From: Octopus sinensis
Lineage: Eukaryota
Direction: 5' to 3'
DNA: 64,000 nucleotides
Assembly (NCBI RefSeq): GCF_006345805.1
Contig: NC_043015.1
Coordinates: 6,634,001 to 6,698,000 of the forward strand
The notes beneath the pieces were generated by a model. The model was given only the letters and a program-made list of their open reading frames with translations. It was not told the DNA's origin and did not search any database. A program made the position numbers and the translations under genes. Positions 27,846 through 41,510 of this stretch are shown here, one piece after another (within the stretch, counting starts at the first letter, position 1; each line of letters begins with the position of its first letter).

Positions 27846-29129
27846 TATAATCAAAATGGAAATATGTCCCGGAATTTATTTGAATTTTAAGCGAAGTATA
27901 TTCACAAGGCATTTCGTCGAGCACTCTGTTAATTATATGGTAATTATGTGTGAAATTTTGTCTCGGGGCTAGAAATTTTAGTGGGAGAACTTCGACATCT
28001 ATGCTCGAATGCTACTTGTGAATATTTCTAATTGAATAGGCAATTGAAAACATCGAGTGAAGCGAAATTCTGCAGTGATTGCTATTACAATGCTTTATAT
28101 TTATCTGGTCACAACTGTAAATGTTGTGCTATACATTCTGAAGACGATGCTTATGAATACAAAAAATACATTTCCACAAATACTTATTTGGTTATCAGCA
28201 TTATTGATCTGCACTTGCTGTTTTAAGCTTACCCATCGTTATGAATCAGCTGCTGTTTTTAGCTTCATCTTGATATCTTCAAAACAACAAGCCATTTTGC
28301 GATCAACCTCAACTGATATTTCTCTCACGTAATGTACATTGCTGACACATTCATCATCGATATTATGGACATCCTTCCACCCAAGTTTTCTTGAATGTTT
28401 GCGTAGGTAGATGCTTCAGGAATAATAAGTTTTTGTACCAGTTACTTTCTTTGTATCTTTCTCCAAAATACATGTATACTAAATAACATTGCAGTTATTC
28501 TCATCTCCATTTTGTTCTTTTAGCTCATCATCATTATACATGCGCTGTTATATTGTCTTACGCGTAACCATCAAAGTTAATGATCCCACCTCAAACACGA
28601 ACTATACTGTAGATCCCAAAGAGGTAAATAACCGGAGTCCCAGCAGTGTTTTACTGTTCCTTCGTTACTGATAAGAAACATATTTTACTTTCATCGGAGA
28701 ACTTTTGACGTCACATATTTAGCTAGAATATGGTCTAAGAAGGTCACCTATCTGGTATCTCGCCTAAGCTTATCTGTATTGCATCTATAAACATGATACT
28801 TGAGAATGTCTCCCAATGGGGGTCGTAACAGCATAGATTTGATAATTCATGAAATTCATTAAATAAATCAGATACAGAGCATCCTGATCTGTAAACGCTT
28901 GCTAATTCAACTACATATCAAATTTGAGAAATATTAAGTCCCTGTTGGGGAACCAGAAAATAATGAAAAGTAGTGTTCGGTTGTTAACCCTACAGAAATT
29001 CAAGAGAGACTTGACTGCCGTTGGATTATTGATTGGCAAATTATATCGATCTCATAAAATAATGAAATGAAAAATCTGATGAGCAGTTACTCACCAATTC
29101 CTAACCATCACATACTCAAGATATTCCCC

Positions 29130-29285
29130 ACAACAACAATAGTAACAGCAACTACTACTACAACAACAACTACTACTATTACTTCTACTGCTGCTGCTTC
29201 TACTGCTAATACTACTACTAGTAATACTGATGCTGCTACTACTACTATTATTACCACCACCACCACCACTGCTACTACTACAACC
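29130..29285. repeat. (ACT/ACA/GCT/ACC)n trinucleotide low-complexity tract
   Basis: Directly visible; explains the poly-Thr ORF. Confidence 0.9.
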
Positions 29286-29515
29286 TCTTCAATTACTTCA
29301 CCACATAATCCACTATTATAAATAAGGATATTATATATATATATATATAATATTATAAATAAAGATATTATATATAACTCACTAGATTATTTAATCTTAC
29401 CGAAAACGAAAGAATGATAAGGATTGGAATGCTGTCGTTTGATCTTGGATCAGCAAGCAACGATATCAGGAAAAGCGCAACAGTCTCTATTCCTTAGTCA
29501 TTTAAATCCAACTCT

Positions 29516-30172
29516 CAGGGGTTGGACAAAATGATGGAAACACCTAGCATCGTAGCATCATAATTTTTTGAAATATCTATAAAACCGTCGAAAGCTTGTT
29601 TATTCTTATGGTTTTTTTAAAATTTATTATTAGTGTTAATTTATATGTTTTGTGAAAATTGCTGTGTCTTTTCAGATATCATAGGAAAAATGTAATTAAA
29701 ACTCATTAAAGTTGCAGATGTATCGAACTTTCAAAGATGTCAAATTGTTGGTGCTAGTATGGTAGGGGCTAGCGTTACAAATCAGCTGAAATGCTTGGTG
29801 TATTAAGAAGTACTGCCTCGAAAGTAATGGCAGTCTTTGAGAAAGAGGGAAAAATCTCGTCGAAACAAAACTCAGGGAAAAGACCAAATCTTTCAGATAG
29901 GGACCGTCGGACTCTTACGCGAATTGTTAGAAAAGGATCACAAAAGTGCAGCTCCCCAAACTACTGCAGAGCTTAATGACCACCTCAAGAACCCAGTTTC
30001 TACAAAAACTATTCGCCGGGAGTTGCACAAATCCGGATTTCATGGGAGAACCACTACTTTCAAAAACAAATGCTGCAAAGCGTTTACCATGGAGTAAAAT
30101 CCTACAGAATTGGTCCCTAGACCAATGGAAGAATGTTATTTCCTTGGACGAGTCATCCTTTACCATATTTTC
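29516..30172 (+). mobile_element. Tc1-like transposon, left TIR plus frameshifted transposase truncated after the first catalytic D
   Basis: TIR-like CAGGGGTTGGACAAAATGATGGAAACACC. Overlapping ORFs give LSDRDRRTLTRIVRK, TAELNDHLKNPVSTKTIRRELHKSGF and PLLSK..KRLPWSK..NWSLDQWKNVISLDES. Confidence 0.9.
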
Positions 30173-30187
30173 TATATATATATAAGT

Positions 30188-30338
30188 ATTTATTCAGTTT
30201 CCGTCTGCCAAATACACTCACAGTTTTTGTTTGACTAGAGTCTATACTGGAAAACACCTATCCAGGGTACCACGCAGTGGGACTGAACACGGAACCATGA
30301 GGTTGAGAAGAAAGCTTCTTACCACACAGCCACACCTG
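30188..30338 (-). mobile_element. SINE family A 5' half
   Basis: Reverse complement of the head (GTGGGACTGAAC..CTTCTTACCACACAGCCAC) and of TCAGTTTCCGTCT. Confidence 0.75.
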
Positions 30339-30353
30339 CACACACACACAAGC

Positions 30354-30391
<38 letters not shown>

Positions 30392-31198
30392 ACGAATGTG
30401 TATATAAGTGTTTATATACATATTTACATAAACATAGTTGCATTAATATATATAAATATATGTATATATATATATAGATAGATATATATGTATGTGTGTG
30501 TGTGTTTTTATATACAAAGATAGATATACTTTCAAATGTATACACAATTTACATTTCATTATACATCATCATTACTTAAGAACCTACATATTTAGGAAGA
30601 AGAAAAAATTCAGAGATTTTTTTCTTTAGTGAGGGAATAATTTAATAATGGAATCAGTGTGCAGAATTAGAAATGTTTATAAAGAAATTTACTGAAGATT
30701 TTAAAGAGAAAGAGCACGCCATATCAAAGTCTAAATGAAATACGTACAAATTGAGATACAGCACATATGAATGACGTAGGCGGGTATTAATCATAAGAGG
30801 CAATAGTGTTTCAGACAAAAAGGGAGTGAAAGGGAATGTATATATGGAAGATAGAGAGTGAGAGAGAGAAAGAGAGACAGATAGTTAGACTGACAGACAA
30901 GGCTATAGACACTTTAAAAGAGATAAGGAATTAATTTCTGATGGAGAGAGAAAAGTAACAAAGTGAAAGACACAGTGTAGGAGAAGTATAATTTAGTTAA
31001 TTTGTGAGAAGCCAAATGATATGATACCTTTAATTATATATATATATATAGATATATATATATAACTATATATATATTTATATAGTTATATATATACACA
31101 TAAATATATATAGAGAGAGACAAAAATACAAATAGATATATCAGATATAACATATATATGTATGTATATATATATATATATATGTGTGTGTGTCTGTT

Positions 31199-31240
<42 letters not shown>

Positions 31241-31252
31241 TGTGTGTCTGTT

Positions 31253-31331
<79 letters not shown>

Positions 31332-31553
31332 CTTATATATATATATATTTATACTTATATACAGCACGCGCGCGCATATATTCAGTTACGCATTAAAAGC
31401 ATCGTCAGCGTTGTAAACATTATCGACCACACATATTCGATTTATGTTCATTGTTCGTTCGCCGGTTTGCTCAGATGTAGTCCTTGTGGGGAAGACTACC
31501 TCAGAACACTAGGTATTAAAACACATAAAAGCCATAGGCGAGCCTCTGAAAAA

Positions 31554-31711
31554 GCTATAAGGCAGCGAACTAGCAAGCAAACAAACAAAAATACTTACGA
31601 TAAGCATGTGCGGTCAATAATATATATATATATATATATATAAACATTATATTGACTGCACCTGCTCATCGTATATCTTTTAGATTGTTCGCTAGTTCGC
31701 TGTCTTATAGC
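31554..31711. repeat. Imperfect inverted repeat (~65-bp arms) around a (TA)n spacer
   Basis: GCTATAAGGCAGCGAACTAGC..TACGATAAGCATGTGCGGTCAATA versus TATTGACTGCACCTGCTCATCGTA..GCTAGTTCGCTGTCTTATAGC. Confidence 0.8.
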
Positions 31712-32261
31712 ACGAATTATTTATTAGAAACAATCATTTGTGCAGGTCGTTAAGGACCAAGTTGAATGTTCATACCTTGTCTACGACGGGAAAATCTACC
31801 ATATATATGTATATATATATGTATATTACAAAATATCAAGTTATATCTTGAGTTACAACAACGCTCAAGATATACAACGGACTGGAAATAGAAGTGCTCC
31901 AATGAGCTGTATACACTTTTTTATCCAAGGGGAGGCAATGCGAGCAACAACCACAGGAACATTACAAAATTCAAAGATAGACCAAACACATACAAATCTT
32001 ATATACTAATTTATATCTAAACAGTCCGACATTTAAAAAAAATTTAATTGAGTAATATGTAAGTATAATATACAAATAAAAATATAAATATAAATATAAA
32101 TTTTGCATATAACACGCTTAAAACTGTTAGATTAAGAGAAATAAATATAATGATAATAAAATAAAAATATGGCATATCAAAAGACGAATAAAATTCCGGC
32201 GAATAGTACATAGAATATAATATATATACAAGCTTACAAAAATATAAGATATACAGAAATC

Positions 32262-32356
32262 CATCTACGGACCATTTCGGGGATGTGCCAATTAATATTA
32301 GACATATAAGTACTTAAAATAGTACTTACAATTGGCACTCCCCTCATCAGGATATC
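32262..32356 (-). ncRNA. Type I hammerhead ribozyme (PLE pseudo-LTR)
   Basis: Minus strand reads ATC-CTGATGA-GGGGAGTGCCAATT...AATTGGCACATCCCC-GAAA-TGGTCC-GTA-GAT. It has an intact core, a long stem II, a minimal stem III and stem I ATC/GAT. Predicted cleavage is after GUA, between 32266 and 32265. Confidence 0.8.
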
Positions 32357-32744
32357 CTATACAACACATATAATACATGAACAAATACACAATCACATAC
32401 CGGCCATTCTCAGAACACGGCATTTACGTACTCCCGGAAATGTTTTCGTCGATCCTGAATGGAACTTTATACGCATGCAACTCTATCCAGCCGCCATAGT
32501 AAATTGTAGGCACACAGCGCCACCTGGACCATTTCACTTCAGCAGTTAATTTAATTTATTTTATTTTATTTTATTTTATTTTATTTCATTTCAATTTTAT
32601 AAATTCTCCCATACATGCAAAGCCACATATTCAGGTTCGAGTCCTCGACTAACAGCTATTTTTTTATAATTACATTATTCTATTTTTATCTCGTTTAACA
32701 CTCACTATACTTACTAAACTTAACTCAATTGTTATTGCTTAGCT

Positions 32745-33212
32745 CTAACTTTTATTGCTATTTCTAAATTTCCTATGGAACGTCGAGTGGATCTTATGCG
32801 TACACGCCGGTATTGCATCAATGAACTTATTTAACACTGCGTTGTTGTAATTTTTAAATATAGTATATGCCTCCCTTATGCATAAACCGCATCTAGTAGA
32901 CCCAATTCTATAAGGGGAGTGATGCGCAAGGATAGCCCATGATATTTTAAATTCAACATTCCTTTCTTTAAGGTCATTAACATCTAATGCCAATGTTGTA
33001 GAAGTCCTATATTTAGGATTGTTGGAAGAGCTCAGGTGGGATCGATACCTCTGTTTAAAGGGTACTGTGCTTCCAATGTATATTTTTCTCTGGCCTCCTT
33101 GAGCCTCAACACTACATTTATAAACTACATTTTCCTGGCGACAATTTCCGCTAATAGGACATTCTGATGAGACCCTACAATTACATTTTTTCAACCTGCT
33201 ACATTTTTTCAA
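32745..33212 (-). CDS. GIY-YIG endonuclease domain of a Penelope-like element (RT missing)
   Basis: CNCRVSSECP (CxCx5C), VVYKC..KIYIGST, FKQRYRSH, CGLCIRE..LNK..CTH; open for 155 aa. The annotated start lies in the truncation junction, so it is probably not the natural start. Confidence 0.85.
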   Translation of the reverse strand: MKKCSRLKKCNCRVSSECPISGNCRQENVVYKCSVEAQGGQRKIYIGSTVPFKQRYRSHLSSSNNPKYRTSTTLALDVNDLKERNVEFKISWAILAHHSPYRIGSTRCGLCIREAYTIFKNYNNAVLNKFIDAIPACTHKIHSTFHRKFRNSNKS

Positions 33213-33321
33213 CCTGTGTGAAGTGATGAGGCCACATTCAAATAAAATCGTTCAATTAACCGCCACAATTGCCCCTACAGGGGACCTGAAAATCCGCATA
33301 CATATATATATATATATAAAT

Positions 33322-33354
<33 letters not shown>

Positions 33355-33440
33355 GTTATATATGTATGTATATATATAATATACATATATATATGCATGT
33401 ATATATATATGGCATATATATATGCATGTATATATATATA

Positions 33441-33482
<42 letters not shown>

Positions 33483-34425
33483 ATTATATATATATATATA
33501 TATGCATGTATATGATAAATAGGTCTATTGAATTGATCTATGCATGACAATTTTGCTTATAAACCCACATGCTAAAATTATTTTGCATGTATTTACTGTA
33601 CATATGCATAAATTCAAATTCACATACGAATACATGTACATACACACATACAATACATACTGATATATACATATGTATGTATGTATTTATGTATGCATGT
33701 ATGTATATATGTATGCAAGTATGTGTATGCATATGTATATATGAAACCAAGAGAATATAAAATGTGTCCGCGTGTGTGTTTGAGTATGAGTATGTCAGCG
33801 TGTGTGTATATGTGTGCATGTGTGTATGTGTGCGTGTGCGCGAGTCCATGTAAGGCTATATAAGCATGACTTTAGTAAAAAAAACCAAGTGTGTGTCAAT
33901 AATTGTGTTCTTTGTTCTTTGTCCCGAATTAAATTTTAGAAATTCTGGACACGTTTTTAAAATGTGTATTTATTCTGAAACACACTCTGTTTTCCTAGAC
34001 TTGGAGACGTTCTTACAACAGATACTATCCATCTGATTCTTCTTAATGTCTGTCACAGCCCATGTTCGCTCAATGCTTCAAGATTAACCATGAACAGACA
34101 ATGCTCTGCTGCCTACAGACATAGGATGGTAGGATGGCTGTCAGTTTTCATGTGTTTAAAATTTATTTTGAAGATATTCTTGTGGTTGAGGATATTATTA
34201 CACATACACGCACTTAGAAACACACACACACATATATATGTATATATATATATATATATGCATATACACACACATAAGTATATATATATACATATATATA
34301 TATATACATATACATACAGAGACCACACTCACCACACACACAACAGGCTTTAATATGGCAGTATATATAATTGTGTGCATCTGTATGTCTATAGATTCTA
34401 TCGAATCAATGACAGAGAGGAATAT

Positions 34426-34426
34426 G

Positions 34427-34514
<88 letters not shown>

Positions 34515-34515
34515 C
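34426..34515. repeat. (GATA)n microsatellite
   Basis: Directly visible; similar tracts at 41114-41207 and 42360-42465. Confidence 0.95.
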
Positions 34516-34607
34516 AGAAAGATAGATAAGTGGATAGATTGAATATTAGACAAACACACAAACAAGCAGAATACTACATCGGTAAGTACAGTGTGTATGT
34601 ATAACAT

Positions 34608-34993
34608 GGTGGAGGCGCAATGGCCCAGTGGTTAGGGCAGCGGACTCGCGGTCGTAGGATCGCAATTTCGATTCCCAGACCAGGCGTTGTGAGTGTTTAT
34701 TGAGCGAAAACACCTAAAAAGCTCCACGAGGCTCCGGCAGGGATGGTGGTGATCCCTGCTGTACTCTTTCACCACACACTTTCTCTCACTCTTACTTCCT
34801 GTTTCTGTTGTACCTGTATTTCAAAGGGCCGGCCTTGTCACTCTCTGTGTCACGCTGAATATCCCCGAGAACTTCGTTAAGGTTACACGTGTCTGTGGAG
34901 TGCTCAGCCACTTACACGTTTATTTCACGAGCAGGCTGTTCCGTTGATCGGATCAACCGGAACCCTCGTCGTCGTAACCGACGAAGTGCTTCC
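34608..34993 (+). mobile_element. SINE family B, full length
   Basis: TSD ATGTATAACAT at 34597-34607 and 34994-35004. Confidence 0.92.
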
Positions 34994-35093
34994 ATGTATA
35001 ACATCAGAGACAATTACGGACGCAGATGAATTTCCTTGATGTGATTTGATTATTCACCACGAAATTTTTGCACCATTATTGAGAGTTCAGAAA

Positions 35094-35370
35094 GACCGCG
35101 AGCTGGCAGAAAGGTTAGCACGCCGGGCGGAATGCCTAGCCGCATTTCGTCTGCCGTTACGTTCTGAGTTCAAATTCCGCCGAGATCGACTTTGCCTTTC
35201 ATCGTTTCGGGGTCGATTAAATAAGTACGAGTTACGTACTAAGGTCGATATAATCGACTTAATCCGTTTGTTTGTCCTTGTTTGTCCTCTCTGTGTTTAG
35301 CCCCTTGTGGGTAGTAAAGAAATAGTTATTTCGTCTGTCTCTTCGTCGTTCAAATTCCGACGAGGTCCAC
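35094..35370 (+). mobile_element. SINE family C, monomer plus start of a second unit
   Basis: Same GAAATA|G.TATTTCGTC junction near 35324, followed by a partial repeat up to GAGGTC. Confidence 0.85.
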
Positions 35371-35495
35371 ATAAACATGATCCCAAACCATGCAAGATAG
35401 GGATTTTCTTATCATTTGCTAGGCCTTTTAGCTATTGCAAATGGTTCTTTAAGTCGTACCCTGACATACATTACAATTTATATAACAAGAATAAA

Positions 35496-35705
35496 GGCGG
35501 CGAGCTGGCAGAAACGTTAGTACGCTAGGCGAAATGCTTATCGGTATATCGTCTTTCTTTACGTTCTGAGATCAAATACTGCCAAGGTCGATTTCGCCTT
35601 TCATCCTTTGATGGTTGATAAATTAAGTACCAGTTGGGGCCAGATCGAACTGACAGGCCCCACTCACCCAAAATTTAGGGCCTTGTCCCTAGAGCAGAAC
35701 AGAAT
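35496..35705 (+). mobile_element. SINE family C head and core with alternative tail
   Basis: GGCGGCGAGCTGGCAGAAACG head; tail CCCAAAATTTAGGGCCTTGTCCCTAGAG; TSD-like AAGAATAAA on both sides. Confidence 0.8.
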
Positions 35706-36384
35706 AAGAATAAATATAACTGAAGGGCAGTCATCGTAGTTTTAAAATGAAAGCTTTTGTTCATAGAGACGCCCACTCTAGAACTGGTTGGAGACAACTT
35801 ATAAAGCAACATCGATACTCCAATATGCTTTGAGAATGCGTTCCATCAAGTCAATGGTGTTTTAGATTTCTTCATGTTTATCCGAATCTCAAAATAATTT
35901 TCAAGTTAGTTACCAGCTTACCAGGTCATAGAATTTGGAAGTAAGTTTACGTTTCGTGTGTATCTATTTCAGATGAAAGTTTGATAGCGAGGACTTCATA
36001 ATTTATAGGGTAATATAGAAGAATGTGATGAATAAAGTAAGTGAGGAGACATGCGATTCACGTGCTCCAATTTTCTTAATCCTTATAATTTTATATATAA
36101 CAATCAATATGCTAACAAATGAGAGAACAAAGGCTTGAGTGAAGAGGCTCAATTAGAACAAGTTTTATAAAATGTGTTTTGTATCTTACATTCTGTCAAC
36201 AGCAACGAATTTAGAATTGGCTATAATGATAATTATAAAACGCTTCGGTCGACAAAGCAATCGCTCGGTAAATCAAAAGCCCTATATATGTATAAATGTC
36301 TGTGTGTCTCTGCATAACTTTATACACACATATACATGAACATAACTACGCATACTTATAAATATGTGTATGGAAATATATATA

Positions 36385-36420
<36 letters not shown>

Positions 36421-37078
36421 TGTATGTATGTATAAATATATATATATATATGTAAGTATTTATGTATGTGTGTATGCACAATAAATTCGATTGATGTATT
36501 AATGTGATATTTAATGAGTTTAATATGAGATATGTTTTTCATTTATATCTGATCTAGTTTTGAAAAGGTATATATATATATATACGATGTATATATTTAT
36601 GTATGTATGCTAACACAATTGTATAAGTGTGTACGTACGTTTATTTCATTATATTCTATCGTTTTATTCAAAGAAATATCGATTTTTTTTCCTGTTAATT
36701 TCATTCGTTGTTTTGCTGGATTTTAAAATATATTTACCATGAAACAAATATCATTTGATATTTGTTATAACAGTCTGGTAAACATGTAACGGTAATTTTA
36801 CTATCGGATTTATGGCAACATACAACGGTCAAAATACATTACTCGCGATTTTTATCTAAGCGTTTTTCGTTTTGAAGTTTTATTTTTATTTCTTTAATTA
36901 TAAAAAAAAAATTGTTTCTCATAATGCTACTGTCAAAAATATGAAATAGCTTAAAATATCCGTTTTATTGCGCAGTTAAATAAACGCCTATGAATTTCAA
37001 TAACAACAACAATAACAACAATAGCAACAAGTACAAAACAACATCAACTACAACATCTACAACAACTACTGCTACTAA

Positions 37079-37109
<31 letters not shown>

Positions 37110-37606
37110 TAATAATAATAGTAATAATAATAATATTATAAATAAGTTCATATAATTAAAAAGAGAGTAAATTTAGTACATAATGAAACAACACAAAGAA
37201 AAACAGATATATCTTTCGTTTCTGAAGCTCTCATTTTATGTGTATCACGAATCATATCATTAAATATGACAGAAAGTCATTACTTTTAAAAAATACTCTC
37301 TTTATTATTGTTATTGTTATTATTATTATTATTATTATTAATTATTATTATTGCTGTTATACTTGTAATTATTATTTTTGTTATTATAAACATCATCAAC
37401 ATCATTATTATTATCATTTGTATTAGTAGTAGTAGTGAGAGATTGATGGCTCTCGACCATCGTTACCGTAATTAAAAGACGATGAAATGTTTTCTGATTG
37501 AACGCCCACAAGCAGGTCGTAATCTCAATCCTCATCACATGACTGTTTGATACACACCATAGAATGATCATTAAGTTCTATAAATTCATAAAGAATCACT
37601 GAGGCA

Positions 37607-37689
<83 letters not shown>

Positions 37690-38017
37690 TATTATGTATG
37701 TATTAATTAGACTGAGGCGAATGAAGAATTCGAACATTTAGAACAGAAGTCTGACACGTGTCTCGATCGTACCCATCGCGAGCACAACACTTGGACATTT
37801 ATTGTAATTGGAAACGAAAAAGGCCTTTGTATATTAAAATTCTTCATTTTCCTCCTTTTAGTATTGTTCTTTACTCTCTGAGTAGTCAAGATATAAACTG
37901 GAATATCAGATGAGTGCTGAAGGTAGATTACCAAGCAAAAGACCATCAGAAAGACCATCGCATTTTATTCCTACAAATTCGATATTTGCCTGGATATCAT
38001 ATCCCACATATCATTAT

Positions 38018-38478
38018 TGGTATGGTGGTAAGCAGCTTGTTTACCAACCACATGGTTCCGGATTCAGTCCCGCTGCGTGGCACCATGGGCAAGTGTTTTC
38101 TACTATAGCCTCGGGCCGTCCAAAGCCTTGTGAGTTTATTTGGTAGACGGAAACTGAAAGAAGCCCGTCGTATATGTATATACATATACGTGTATATATA
38201 TATATATATATATAATATATATATTATATATTATATATATAATATATATATATGCGTGTATGTTTGTGTGCCTGTGTTTGTCCCATCCAGCATCGCTTGA
38301 CAACCGATGCTGGTGTGATTATGTCCCCGTCACATAGCGGTTCGGCAAAAGAGACCGAAAGAATAAGTACTGGGCTTACAAAGAATAAGTCCAGGGGTCG
38401 AGTTGCTCGATTAAAGGCGGTGCTCCAGCATGGCCGCAGTCAAATGACTGAAACAAGTAAAAGAGAAAGAGAGAAAGA
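38018..38478 (+). mobile_element. SINE family A, near full length
   Basis: Matches 1882-2312 throughout; the internal microsatellite is (TA)-rich here. Confidence 0.9.
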
Positions 38479-38509
38479 TATATTATATATATATATATAT
38501 TATATATTA

Positions 38510-38542
<33 letters not shown>

Positions 38543-38839
38543 TATATTATATATATACATATATATATTATATATATATTAAATATATTATATATACACA
38601 CGAGTGGGGAAGCGAAAGAGTCATTCAACCAATATACTGGGAGTTACAGGTATGGATAAAGACACCATAATTCAAATTCGTTGGTACTCACCAGCTTCAG
38701 GGGTGACGCTAGTCGACCAATTGCTGCTATCTTTACGGTAATAACAATTATCTTCTATTATTCAAATTCAAAATGGGCGACGATTAGCATCACCCTTGAA
38801 ACTCAAGAGGAACGCCGACTTTAACTCAATCTCTTTTGA

Positions 38840-38891
<52 letters not shown>

Positions 38892-39739
38892 TATATTATA
38901 TATATATGTATATAATATACATATATATATATATATACAATAAAAGGCTTCCAAATATCTCGATCTCCTGGGGCTAAAAGCGACAATAACACCCACCCCG
39001 AGTGGCTAGCCACATTCAGATGGCTAGTACACTTTACGTTATATATATATATATAATATATATTCCTTGTAGAGAAGCGGGTGGACCAGTCAGTGGCTCA
39101 GTCAAATATTACAGTCAAACAGGGAAAGAGTTGCAGAAACAAACGGTGATGTTTTAGAAGCAAAAATGTAAAATTGATGAAAGTAGGCAAGATGTCAGAA
39201 TAAGAGAAAAAAGAAAGAAGGAAGAAAGAAAGAAAGAAAGATAGAAAGAAAGAAACTGATAGACAGACAAAATTAAAGAAGAGTGGGGCAAGAGAATGAG
39301 AACATGAAAAAATATTCACGTAGACCACGTTGCATTAGGAAAATTTCTTTATTTTTTGATACGAATTATTTGGATAACGGGCATTTGCTAAAACTTAGCA
39401 GCTTATATATTAAATCTCAGTGTATGTTTTCATTTAGTGTTTTAGCATTAGGCCGCTAAACATATTTATAATTGTACGTGTTTGCGCGTCTGTGTTTATG
39501 TGTGTATATATGTGCGGTTGTGCGTGTACATATACGACGGAACACACACGCACACACACAAAGAAACACACGCACACACACATATATCTGCGTGATGTGT
39601 ATCTCCGCCGCTCTCTCGGTTTATCTATCTATCTTCATGCGGTGAGGCAAATTAATAGTTAGCGTTATCTTTTACACGTAGACAATGACTTCTCATGGGG
39701 TAGTAGACGTGTGTACTTCTCCTGTGTGTCTCATCTCGT

Positions 39740-39779
39740 GTGTATATATGTATATATATATATATGTATATACATACAT

Positions 39780-39843
<64 letters not shown>

Positions 39844-40159
39844 ATGTATATATATACATATATATATGTATATATATATACATATATGTTATATATACAT
39901 ATATACATGTTGTAATATATACATATATATATGTGTATATATATAGATATATGTATATATATATACATATATGTATATATATACATATATAATGTCATAT
40001 ATATACATATATAATGTATATATATACATATATATATTATATATATATACATATATATATAATATATAATATATATATACATATATAATAATATATATAT
40101 ATAATACATATATATATATATATAATATATATATATACATATATACTATATATATATAG

Positions 40160-40196
<37 letters not shown>

Positions 40197-40244
40197 CATA
40201 AATACATACCAACCCACATAATAAATATATACATACATATATAT

Positions 40245-40299
<55 letters not shown>

Positions 40300-40325
40300 C
40301 CTAAATACATACACCACACACACAC

Positions 40326-40364
<39 letters not shown>

Positions 40365-40365
40365 G
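39740..40365. repeat. Long (TA)/(CA) compound microsatellite
   Basis: Directly visible. Confidence 0.95.
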
Positions 40366-41113
40366 CATTATGCTTATATGTATGTATACATCTAAGTGTA
40401 TGCTGTATGCCTAATTCTTAGTGTTTATCTGCTTGTGTTATTTTCGCAACGCTGTTTATCTCTATGAAGCAATCTGTGTCTATGCTTCTCTGATATAATT
40501 CTGCGGTACGCAAGACGAACGAACAGAATCTGTATGTGTTAGAATAAGTCTCAGCAAATGCTGATATCAGAAATTAGCTTGGTCAACCATAAAGCAATTA
40601 TCACTGTATTCGCTCAACCTAATTGTCTTTTTCGTTGTACTCTTCTGCACCATCAGATTAAATTAGCGACGAGTTGTCTTCTCTTTCCCACATCGTGATT
40701 CCACTTGCAGATAAATTTTATCTTACGGTTATCATCAGCACGTTGCTATGTGGCTAGAAATGATACAGATTAATATATTTGCATTCGTACTTACAGGCAT
40801 GTATACATACACACGCACACAGACCCGCTCAGACTCACATATACACATATAGACTTGCATCTAGATATATATGCATATATATATATATATATATATATAT
40901 GGGTATGTATAATTATATATTATTATACATACATAAATATGAGAGACCCAACATGGTAGGTAAGGCTTATTAAGTGCTACGGGAGGACCGAAGTTAGATT
41001 CTTGGCTCGATAATGATACGAATGACGATCTAATGCGGGTCTTGTGTGACCATGTATATGTTAAATGATATATATATTTATATATGTTTATATATATGTG
41101 TGTGTATATACAT

Positions 41114-41208
<95 letters not shown>

Positions 41209-41443
41209 CTGACATACCTATAAACAGAGACATGAATGTAACATAATATATTTGTAAAGATGTAAGTAAATTATGAAAGATGTATAAATATAATATGTGT
41301 GTTTCTGTGTGTGATTCCCTTTGAGTGCGCCTGCGTTAATTATACACACGGGCAGGCAAAACCGAAAATATATATTAGCGAAATTCTAAATTGTTACATA
41401 CACACACACAAAAAAAAAACTTGCTCAAATTTCAGGAACTCAC

Positions 41444-41510
41444 GTTCGTCTTATTGACGTATCTTATAACTAATTCCTCATACATGTACTGTTTCACTTC
41501 TCTTGGCTTC
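41444..41510 (-). CDS. Candidate 67-nt internal coding exon (unknown protein)
   Basis: tgtgcag|G AAG CCA AGA...ACG AAC|gtgagt. The only open frame is KPREVKQYMYEELVIRYVNKTN, phase-compatible with 50432-50497. The acceptor tract is weak. Confidence 0.3.

Larger units (their letters stand above)
31830..33297 (-). mobile_element. 5'-truncated Penelope-like retroelement inserted in (TA)n
   Basis: Contains a GIY-YIG ORF and a downstream same-strand hammerhead; TA repeats on both sides. A 17-bp direct duplication TACATTTTTTCAACCTG (33182-33198, 33200-33216) lies at the apparent truncation point. Boundaries are approximate. Confidence 0.75.

Noticed and set aside
28030-28480. Possible mariner transposase relic on the minus strand
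   Set aside because: Only vague similarity to HTH-region motifs; too decayed to call without a profile search.
34019-34113. Minus-strand segment bounded by ctgtag and gtaaga
   Set aside because: Stops in all three frames; it could only be a non-coding exon, which sequence alone cannot support.
39184-39205. AGGCAAGATGT resembling the 5' end of miR-31/miR-72
   Set aside because: The match stops after 11 nt and there is no flanking hairpin.
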